Shown here in pieces: positions 13,801-23,190 of a stretch of DNA of 64,000 bases (its first letter is position 1; each line of letters starts with the position of its first letter). The stretch comes from Eutreptiella sp. 'Long Island Sound 2002'. Lineage: Eukaryota; Protista; Euglenida. The notes under the pieces were generated by a model, which searched no databases, was not told where the DNA came from, and saw only the letters and a list, made by a program, of their open reading frames with translations. The stretch is taken from NCBI GenBank assembly GCA_964036045.1, contig OZ038378.1, forward strand, positions 47,368,001 to 47,432,000. Reading direction: 5' to 3'. Made by a program: the position numbers and the translations under genes.

Positions 13801-14436
13801 TGGACACAACTTGGGAACAAAATTACCCATATTGAGGGACGTGCCAACCAAGCAGCCCTGAACACACACAATGGGTGGCACATCCTTCGGGGCCTAGAAT
13901 CCCTCCTTAATTATTACCTCCCGGCCATCTTTGTTGTGGGACACTTAGTGCGTAGTTGCACTTGGGCTGGGCGCGCCGACGGTTCGGGTATAGCAGCCAC
14001 ATGTGTACCTCAGCGCTGTTCGGGTCTACTTGTTGACCTTGCTGGTCCAGCTGCAGCGAAAATGGACTATGACCGCACCATATGCTGCGCACTCACGTAC
14101 AATACACAATGGCACGACTACACGCCCGGTGCCGCCCATGTGGAGGAATGTTGTGAGGCCCTGCTTGCAAAATTGTGGGCACGGTGCAAGCAACAACCCG
14201 ACAAGCACACGGTGGATGCGGCTGGTGAGCTTTTCCGCACCGTGCCCCCCCGTCAGCAGGCACCGGCAACGGACTCCCTCGCCGAAAATGTGTGTGTTGA
14301 GGTGCGGGACAAGGTATGGGGAATGATGCATGGTGCACGACGGGAGGAGCATCCCAGTGTGCGATGGTCCTCGGGTCCAGTCAGTGTGGTTGAGGCATAA
14401 AGAGACACAAGGTACGTGTTCCTCCAAAAGGGAACC
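10870..14436 (+). mobile_element. DNA transposon, family A copy 1 (decayed), cut off by the YR retroelement at 14437
   Basis: Homologous blocks recur at 20111-21420, 22098-22560 (inverted) and 22793-24700; carries the transposase pseudogene below. Confidence 0.6.
11857..14436 (+). pseudogene. Putative DDE transposase pseudogene (family A), superfamily unassigned
   Basis: Ordered motifs IVVWVDN (D 13126)...TAIAVL, GVWNPYK (13633), LL-YY-PAIF-VG-LVR and HVEECCEALLAKL (E 14143-14157) recur in the same order in the 42.6-44 kb paralogue; stops and frameshifts. Confidence 0.55.
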
Positions 14437-14525
14437 AAGGGATTCGCCTTTAGGCGAATCACAGGATTCACCCCATAATGCCACTCACATACTCTTTCAC
14501 TATAGAATCTTTTAAAGATTTTTGG
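14437..14525 (+). repeat. 5' terminal direct repeat (89 bp) of the YR retroelement
   Basis: aagggattcgcctttaggcgaatc...aatcttttaaagatttttgg; matches 19912-20000 with 4 transitions. Confidence 0.9.
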
Positions 14526-14560
14526 GTTCTCATCAGGCCACGTACGGAGATCCATACAAA

Positions 14561-15727
14561 ATGTCCGCTATCAGCATGGAGTCCCTCACCTTCAAATATC
14601 TCGTCTGTAAGGGCCAGTTCGAGGTCTACAAGAGCACCCTCCCCGCGGACCACTTGGAGAGAGCGGCGGTGGAAACCATGCAGCGCATCAGAGACGCGGG
14701 TATGGACCACGACAAATGGCTGCAGGACCTCAAGGCGGCTTCTGGCTGGGAAGAAGAACCGGTCAAACTCCTCCACGCCATTGCTGGTTATGAGAGCTGC
14801 CGCCGATGCACAATTGAAGTCCACACAGGAGAATTCAAAGCGAAAAAGGAGACGGAGCTGGCATTTAGCGAAGAGATCAGGGGGCGCATCAAGTCGTTTT
14901 TGGAATCGCAATGGACCACTTTTGAAAAACTCTGCTCCAACGCCGAAATCGTGAAGGCAGGCATGGCAGTGGCACGGCTGGCCGCAAAGCACCGCCTGGC
15001 CATCCGAGAGCTTGCTGAGGGCATCCTAGAGGCCCGGAAGGCGGAAGACCCCGAATTCGTGCTCAGGGCAATGGGGGCGCTGGCCCTCTTCGACAATTTC
15101 AAGTGGATCATCATTGGAGAAGGCCACAAGCTGAACCTGGTGACGGCCGATGCATCACATGGCGGGAAACCACACGCACCTGTGGACCCAGAGGAGCAGG
15201 AGATCTCAAAAAAGATGGAGGCACTCAAAGTGAGACTGGAGCACAAGCGGAGGGCAAAAATCGTGGGCTCCTGACCCTTGCAGCGCTGGACGAGTTGGTT
15301 GAGGCCCGGGAAATACCAAATGGATGCGTGAAGCGACTGCTTCTTTGAAGAAGTTCTTGGAGTCCAACGAGGGGGACAAAGGGGAAACGCTGGCAAAGGA
15401 ACTGTGGGAGGTGATGCTGGTCTCCAAGGACAGCTACAAGGAGAAATACCCCAGCGGGGGCCACAGTGTGACTGGTGGCTCACACAAGGGCACCGGGAAA
15501 CAACCCCAATCCCTAGTTACGGCAAGATCTGTCAAGGAGTTGGAAAGATTGGGAGCCCGAACGTGGATTGAAGCAACCCGAATAGCGAGATTCAGGTTTT
15601 CGGAATGGGAGAACATCACCTACTACTGCACTACCAGAGGCGCCAACGGGTATGACGTGGCAAAGGGCCCCCAGGACCCTGTGGAGAATTTGGCGACAAG
15701 CACTGGATATGGGACTGCGAAAGCTGA
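14561..15727 (+). pseudogene. gag: Gag-like ORF1 of the YR retroelement (frameshifted), ending in a degenerate CCHC zinc knuckle
   Basis: 237-aa helical ORF 14561-15274 continues through frameshifts to RGKGPPGP-CGE(F)GDKHWIWDC (15680-15718), a C-x2-C-x3-H-x4-C pattern with the second Cys read as TTT. Confidence 0.6.
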
Positions 15728-15775
15728 CTCCCCCTGGAAGGGGGGGGAGGGGGGGCAGAGGGCACCCCAAACCGG

Positions 15776-16936
15776 TTGGTTGGGGATGACGGAGAGGTGG
15801 AGGTGGAAAGCGAAGAGGACGAGATTCCCAAGGAGTGGCCTGCATACAGACGGGCGTATGCTGCATTGTGTCGAGCCAAGGCGGACAACAAGGACGGGAT
15901 CCTGGGAAACAACTGGCAAGTCCTCGCAAGCTCCTGTAGCACAACATCGCTGGGTACGTACAAGACGGGCATGCCAAAACTCCAACAGACGCACATGGCC
16001 AGGCCGGAGTGGGGACCATATAAGATCGTGGAACAAGTCGTGTGTGATGCCATTTGAGAGGGAAAAGGCAGCACCTCAGTCAAGACAATTCTCAATGCAG
16101 CTGCCATGGCATACACAATGGGGATGGTCGGCGAACCGGTTGCAAAAAGACTGTGGAGGGCGTTCAAGGCGGCACAACGACTGGAAGAGAAGTCCACACA
16201 GGAGTGGGGCAGTTTTGCGGCACTGCATATCATGGCACACCAGGCTGATTCAGAGCTGGAGTGGTGTGTGGTGGGACTCGCGGTACTTTCAACGCTATTG
16301 GGCCTGAGAGTCGGTGAGGCGGCTAGCACTAGCTTCCACAGGTTGGGGGTTCTGGCACGAACGGCGCAATTCTATGACAGCAAAGTCCACAGGGCTTGGA
16401 TTATCCGTACAGTTTCAAGAGTGGCCCTCAAATGGATGCAGTTCTGCGCCTGGATCGCGCAAAGATGCTGGAACCTCAACAAGTTCTGGCGGCTGGTCTC
16501 TGAGGACAAACTGCAAAATGTCATGGAAAACCTCTTGCGTGGATCCAAGTGGAAGGATCTCAGATGGCATGCATGGCGACGCCTGGGACCAGCGACCATG
16601 TACAAGGCTGGGGGAAAGCTCCCAAGCATCAAAGCATGGTTCAGGTGGAGGAGCACAAGGACGGCAATGGCCAACATCATTTGCCCACACCCAGGGCGCA
16701 TCCGACACCCGTTCAAGGCACCCACCCCTCCCGGTTACCTCAAGGGGAAACCATGGATTGCGGGAACGACAACCAGGCGATGCACAGAATTTTGGGCACC
16801 GGAAGCCTACGATATCCCTGAGGGGGACACCCCGGAGAGCGACTCTAGGGATTCCACATGCACTGGATCATCCTCCGACAGCCCCTCACCTCAGAAGACC
16901 GACGGCACGAGGGGTAAGAGGAGACGCAGCATGTGA
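15776..16936 (+). pseudogene. Tyrosine recombinase (YR), inactivated
   Basis: 15776-16057 and 16106-16936 are in frame across TGA 16055. Motifs: LLGLRVGE (R 16307), YDSK, WHAWRR (H 16568, R 16577), RWRS (W 16646). The W+9 position, catalytic Tyr in Cre spacing, is AAC (Asn, 16673). Confidence 0.88.
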
Positions 16937-17039
16937 AGAGGCGGATAGCCAGACGGGCTATGGGGCAGTGGGGGAGGGCAAGGAGCCGGTGCATGTATTA
17001 CCTGGCAACAAGGTAGATGGACAACACAAACCAAGAAGG

Positions 17040-18917
17040 ATGAAATCGCTCATGGGTGTTGGAGGAGGGCGTGTACCAGGAGCGTGGGTAATGTACAAAC
17101 GGGCGCGGTCATGTGCGTGGTCGGCATCGAGAGTGGTTGAGCAGGTTTCTGATATCCCGCGGAATGAGCTTTTCCGGGCCACGCTTGCGGTAATCCTCCG
17201 AGCGCGGGAGCGCCTCAAAGATGTGGAAGGTGGACAGGCGCACCTGGAAAGAATCTTGAGTCACATGAATGCACTGCACAAGCTTAACTGGGACTTACTA
17301 GGTCAGGACTACGACGGTTATGATGGAGATGGCCCGTCAGGAGGCATCTCAGAGGGAATGATTGCTGCGGGCCTTGGAGAGAGGGGCAGCCTGGATATCC
17401 CCTTGGACGTATCGAACGCGAACATCCCGAAGCGCCTCATCCGGGATATACGGAATTGCAAGTCGGGGCCGGATTTTGGGGGATTCGATGTGTGGCAACC
17501 GTCTTTACACACCAGGCGCATGATTCGAGTGCTGGTGGGTGATGGGTTCCTGTGTCGTGACCCCGGGTGTTTGGGCGCCCCTGAGTGGGAAGACCTCACG
17601 GACAATGTGTCGGCGTTCGTTAAACCCCAAAATGATGTGAAGTGATCGTTCATCATTGACATGTGAAATCTGAATGACTGCTCGAAGGTACCGTTGCGCA
17701 ACGTCAAGCTTCCGTCCATTCATACGGTCTTTCAGACCATCCAAAGGGAGATACACCAAGGCGCACCATTGTGGGGCATCACCTTGGAGATATCCAACTT
17801 CTACTGGAGCCTGCAAATCCTGGCTGAGCATAGGGGACTATTTCGCATACAAGGGGCACACTTCCACTGCCTCCCATTTGGGTGGAAATTTTCCCCGGTA
17901 CTGGCACAGGACACGTTGGCGGCGTTGTTGAGGGAGTTCTTTGGCAACCACGCGGTGGGGCTCCACATGCATCGTTTCCACTATTTGGATGATGTCCTGA
18001 TCTTGTCACGTGACAGGGAGTGTATGGACAGTCTGGGTCCATAGCTGGGGGCATTCTTGACGGCGAAGCGTCTGCGTATCTCTACCAAATCTTGCCTCAA
18101 GCCACATCACAATGTCCTATGGCTGGGGAAAGTGTTCGACCTGGCTAAAGGGGAGGTGCGAAACACCGACAAGATGCTCACCAAGTGCTTGGGGATTGCC
18201 ATCAAAACGGCCTGCTCGCCTATATGTCCAAAGGTGGCGGAACGGGTCACGGGAAAAATGCAATGGGCGTTTGGACCGCGAAAGGGGGTCACCCTATTCC
18301 TACAGGGCTGGCACTGGTTCCGATGGGGACATCATCGCTTTCAGCACCGCCCGAGCCCGGCCCTGATATCGGCGCTGTTCGATGCGCTGGCAATCTCATA
18401 TGTACCCGCCACGGTTGATCCCATGCCTGGGCACTTCCGATTTGCACCGGTCCTGTCACTGGATGCAGCGGAAGCTGATGGAGGGTACCGCCTGGGTATC
18501 TGTGGACGAAATGGAGTCATGCGAACGGGAAAGGTCCTAGCCAAGAACCAACAACAGGCAGAGCTCAGCGGTGTCCTACATGCCTGTAGGTCTGCGGTGA
18601 CGCAGAAGTGGCACAGGGTCTCCTTGTTTGTGGACAATACGGCGGCCTGCTACGGTGCGGCCAATATGAGGGCTTCGACGAGGGCATGTACACAAGTGAA
18701 GATACTCCATGCTCTTTGGAACTTGTTGTGGCACACGGGCATGGTCTTCACTGTTGTCTGGGTTGATACTATGCGCATGCCTGCTAACGTTGTGTCCCGA
18801 TTGCCAGATCTGACACCCGCAAGCATTACCAGGGCAAAGGTTGAGGCGGCAAACAAGTGGAGTGCGTTGTGCGGGGAGCTGCACCTTGTGCAGAGCTTTG
18901 GGTCAGTTCGTCTGTAG
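17040..18917 (+). pseudogene. pol: Reverse transcriptase-RNase H of the YR retroelement, three in-frame stops
   Basis: One frame: AFVKPQNDVK*SFIIDM*NLN, LEISNFYW, CLPFGWKFSP, YLDD (17982-17993), WLGKVFD; RNase H LDAAE (18462), QQAEL (18561), FVDN (18633), MPANVVSR (D>N 18786). Stops at 17643, 17664 and 18042. The frame is open from 16314 and overlaps YR; the true start is uncertain. Confidence 0.92.
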
Positions 18918-18988
18918 AAGGGGTAAACAATCCTCGCGTGGGCAATGGCTTGTGTGTCCCCTCTTTTACTATAGCTGTCCCTGGCAAC

Positions 18989-19513
18989 ATGTCTCACTAG
19001 GAAGACCCAAATGAGGAAGAATTCCATGACGAGGAGAAGGTGGGATCGAAGCGCCCACGAGGATCACGAGGCCCGGAGCGCAAACTGGCGCAGAAGGCGC
19101 GCACGCTGCGACGGAGGACTGAGAGAGCGGAAGGACACCTCAATGCAGCAAAGCCCAGATACCGGCTGGGTACGATGCCCGAGCAGTCCTTCAAGCTAGT
19201 GCTGTGCCACCCAGTGCCAGAACAGGACCTCCACAACGCCTGGCAGACCCTGTGTGGTTGGATCACGTGCTGCGCCCGGGCACGGTATGCAATGGCACAA
19301 GTCGAGCCTGTTGAGAACGGCAAAGACCAAACCCAACGTCACCTTTACCTCGTCCGCCACAAGCTGCGACTGGCGCCGGGAGTCAGGCTGACGATGTCCT
19401 TCACCCACAATGCCACAGCCGTGCAAAGAGTCAACGTCAACGGCAAAGCTGACCTCATAAAGGATGTTTTCGAGCTTGTGAGGGACGATCTGGAACAGGA
19501 GGACTCCAACTGA
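18989..19513 (+). pseudogene. Accessory ORF4 of the YR retroelement (~174 aa, one premature TAG), unknown function
   Basis: ATG 18989, TAG 18998 (likely from CAG), then in frame with listed ORF 19040-19513; acidic N-terminus, basic KRPR...RRR stretch, then a globular-looking domain; lies between pol and the 3' repeat. Confidence 0.65.
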
Positions 19514-19911
19514 TGCGAGGCTGGCAAGGGGATGACTGCCACTCCCGCACAGGCCTTCCATGGCATTCCAGAGTCAGAGTAATGAAAGAGTAATGCTGCA
19601 GGGGGAGGGGGGTGTACGCATGTGTGCTTACAGAGCACGATTATGCCCACGGTATATAAAGAGTAGCTCCCCTCGCATGTGCGATGGATGAGACAGCAGC
19701 GTCATGCTGCAGCGAACGAACACACCCACTTATATTGTCGCCACGAGAGCCCTAGCTTGGCGTGGGGAGTCAGAGATGGACTACGGTGCCCTTCAGGCCC
19801 GGCGCGCCAGTGAAGGAGCAAGCATCAGTGTTGGTTTTGTGTTTGTGTATGTATGAGCTGTGGATGTCAAGAGGTAAGGGGGGAATCAAAGGATTCGCCT
19901 TTAGGGGCATC

Positions 19912-20000
19912 AAGGGATTCGCCTTTAGGCGAACCACAAGATTCACCCCATAATGCCACTCACATGCTCTTTCACTATGGAATCTTTTAAAGATTTTTGG
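19912..20000 (+). repeat. 3' terminal direct repeat (89 bp), preceded by a partial tandem copy of its first ~18 nt (19888-19905; 24-bp offset)
   Basis: gggaatcaaaggattcgcctttaggggcatc-aagggattcgcctttaggcgaacc...aaagatttttgg. Confidence 0.9.
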
Positions 20001-20110
20001 CCCCGCCCACCCGCCCAGACACTTTGCGCACACTTCAGTGACACCATAAATGACAATCATGGAGAAGTGTATCATAGAGCCACGGCACACGAATCTACCG
20101 ACGCCAGTGC

Positions 20111-21420
20111 ACAGCCCAGACCAGTTGTGCAAGTCATTTTAGGCCCCAATATTACACATTTTAGATTTGTGGGCTATGCAGAGCCCGCGCTACAAGTAAT
20201 TACATTTGTGCCCACCCGGCTCATGTATACAGTGGTCAAGTGGCCACGCGACATGGCGCTAGGTGAAGTGGTATACTTTTCGCGCCGCCCTAACATAGTC
20301 AACCTAAGCATTGTCCCCGATTCGGTCAGCAGGAACAGGAATCAAGGATACAAATCCTGCATAAATAACCGGTGGGCAATGATCAATGACAGGTGCACCA
20401 CCGGACACCACGTCATCTAGATGGAAGTGCCAAACCCACGCCAGTATTAGGACTTTCCAACAACTTGGACTCTGCAAAGCCCAGCATTCATATACTTGGT
20501 ACTTACCAGGTGCCACAAGGGTTTCTCTGTTGGCTGCGCTCTGCACAGCCGAGACCTTCACAATTTCCTATTTTGCCCCTTTTTTCGTGACATCATAGCA
20601 CTGTGACACTTTGAAACTTATTCTACATGTGGTCTACTGTTATATTTTTTTGTGCCTTTCTGGTGTGTCGCTCTTGTATCCTGATGTACACTGGTGCCAT
20701 CGTTGCACTTGGGCTGGGCGCGCCGACGGTTCGGGTATAGCAGCCACATGTGTACTTCAGCGCTGTTCGGGTCTACTTGTTGACCTTGCTGGTCCAGGTG
20801 CAGCGAAAATGGACTATGACCGCACCATATGCTGCGCACTCACGTACAATACACAATGGCACGACTACACGCCCGGTGCCGCCCATGTGGAGGAATGTTG
20901 TGAGGCCGTGCTCGCAAAATTGTGGGCACGGTGCAAGCAACAACCCGACAAGCACACGGTGGATGCGGCTGGTGAGCTTTTCCGCACCGTGCCCCCCCGT
21001 CAGCAGGCACGTGCAACGGACTCCCTCTCCGAAAAGCTGTGTGTTGAGGTGCGGGATAGGGTATGGGGAATGATGCGTGGTGCACGACGGGAGGAGCATC
21101 CCATTGTGCGATGGTCCTCGGGTCCAGTCCTTGTGGTTGAGGCAGAAAGAGACACAACGTACGTGTTCCCCAAAAAGGGAACCGGGGGTACGCTACCTGT
21201 TACCCTTATGAATTCTATTTCAAAGCGCTTTCTGCGCACCCTCGTAGGTGGACAAGGGCTCCGCGATGACGCCATGGGTTACATACGGCAACATATCCCA
21301 CTTAGGCCACCTGTGAACCGCTGCGAGGCCCGGGCAGCTGTAGAAACAGCTGCCCGGGTTCATACCAATTGCAATGGAGCCCAATCAACATTTTGATGTG
21401 TACACCCCTATGATTGTTGT
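20111..21420 (+). mobile_element. Family A copy 2 with ~2.4-kb internal deletion; retains the uninterrupted YR target site
   Basis: 20111-20703 matches 10982-11577 and 20702-21183 matches 13955-14436, joined at a 2-bp (gt) microhomology; continues gggaacc^gggggtacg where copy 1 is interrupted. Confidence 0.8.
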
Positions 21421-22097
21421 CCCGCAAATGTTTGGGCCCAACAGAGCCCAGCTTTGTCCGACACTGAGTTTTGAGGGGTTATATTATTGGTTCTTGTTAC
21501 CGTGGGCCCTACAGAGGCCAATTTGTCACCCTTCCCCGATACATCTGGTCATTTTCTGCTCCTTTCTTAGGGCTGGGCCAGTCTTTGACCATGCCATCAC
21601 CATGCTTTAATCTGTGCACACATATCCATGCTTTCGTATGGTAGTGTGCACCCCCTGCGTCAGCTTGTGTGACCCTCGAAGAGGTGTGCCTGGCACCGCT
21701 GCACTGACACACGATCACGATGTCTGAAGGTAAAATGCCACAAGCAGGTTTGGCTATGGTGTTGGAGGCCATTTGGACAAGCCCAACCTTACTGTTACTC
21801 TTTACCTGTGTCAACGAGGGACATTTTGGTTGGGCTATTTGAAGCCGTGACCATCAGCGTGCACTGGACATTGTATTTGCGACCCCTTTGCAGTGATGAG
21901 CTGTTTTGAAGACATTTTTGCCTAGTTCAACCCCTGTGGGTACCGAATTGAATGCTTTGTTCCGTCTAATTTTGCTGTCCAAATCTGCCATTTGCCATCA
22001 TTGATGCTTTGAACTGTGTGATTGTTGTGCTGATCTTACTGACCTGATTTGTCCTTTAAAGTCCGTGTATTTCTGGGACATGTGTGACATACCAGAT

Positions 22098-23190
22098 GTC
22101 CTAATATGGGCGTGGTTTTGGCATTTCCATCTAGATGATGTGGTGCCGGGTGTGGCACGTGTTTGTGATCATTGCCCACCACTCGTGTATGCAGGAGTTG
22201 TATCCTTCATTCCTGTGCCTGCTTACTTGATTAGGGACAAGGTTTAGGCCGACTATGTTAGGGCGGCGGGAAATGTATACCACTTCACCGAGCGCCATGT
22301 CGCGGGGCCACTTGACCATTGTATACATGAGCCAATTGTTGCAAGGGGTGTTGGCACACAAGGATTAAGTTGTAGCCTGGGCTTTGCAGAGCCCAGAAAT
22401 CTAAAATGTGTAATATTGGGGCCTAAAACGACTCACAAAACTAATCTGGGCTCTGCAGAGCCCAGCCTCATGCAGAAATGCAAGTTTGCACCCCTATTTT
22501 ACTACATGCAACAAACCACCTATCACCCCTTTTTTTCCTACAACGATAGGGGGCACTATGGGCCCCCTAAGTTCTTTGGGTACGTGATTGGTGCCAAGTG
22601 CCTAGAAACCAACATTGATAATAAGACAACAGTGTCAGGCACTATTCGGTAAGTTGTCAACGAAAGTAGTGTCATCAAAACTTCTTGTTCGGTGAGATAA
22701 ATATCAAGTAGGTACTTTGCCGGGACTATCATGTGATGTGACACATCAGCACGCTCAATGTTCAGCTAAAGGTTCACACATTCATGGCTTCATAGGGGGG
22801 CAAATTTGCATTTCTGCATCAGGCTGGGCTCTGCAGAGCCCAAATTAGTTTTGTGAGTCATTTTAGGCCCCAATATTACACATTTTAGATTTCAGGGCTC
22901 TGCAAAGCCCAGGCTACAACTTAATCCTTGTGTGCCAACACCCCTTGCAACAATTGGCTCATGTATACAGTGGTCAAGTGGCCCCGCGACATGGCGCTCG
23001 GTGAAGTGGTATACCTTTCCTGCCGCCCTAACATAGTTAGCCTAAACATTGTCCCTGATCCGGTCAGCAGGAACAGGAATAAAGGATACAACTCCGCATA
23101 CACGACTGGTGGGCAATGATCAAAGACACTTGCCACACCGGGCACCACATCATCTAGATGGAAATGCCAAAACCACGCCTATATTAGGAC
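22098..23190. repeat. Inverted duplication: ~400-bp arms (22098-22496 / 22793-23190), ~296-bp spacer
   Basis: The reverse complement of 22098-22496 aligns nearly colinearly, with high identity by eye, to 22793-23190. Confidence 0.85.

Larger units (their letters stand above)
14437..20000 (+). mobile_element. Tyrosine-recombinase retrotransposon (DIRS order, VIPER/TATE-like gene order gag-YR-RT/RH) with extra ORF; decayed
   Basis: CCHC-like knuckle, YR R-K-HxxR-W motifs, RT YLDD and RNase H D-E-D-(D>N) on one strand; 89-bp direct repeats at both ends; left junction located by comparison with the uninterrupted host copy at 21183. Confidence 0.9.

Noticed and set aside
14788-16329. Minus-strand ORFs 14788-15483, 15513-16019 and 15631-16329, and + ORF 15324-16307 beyond ~15680
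   Set aside because: Antisense or alternative-frame shadows of gag/YR with no motifs.
19513-20112. Ngaro/PAT-type split direct repeat (B1-A2-B2) or DIRS inverted termini
   Set aside because: Sequence after A2 (20001-20110) has no match before A2, and no inverted copy of the terminus was found; B2 may have been lost.
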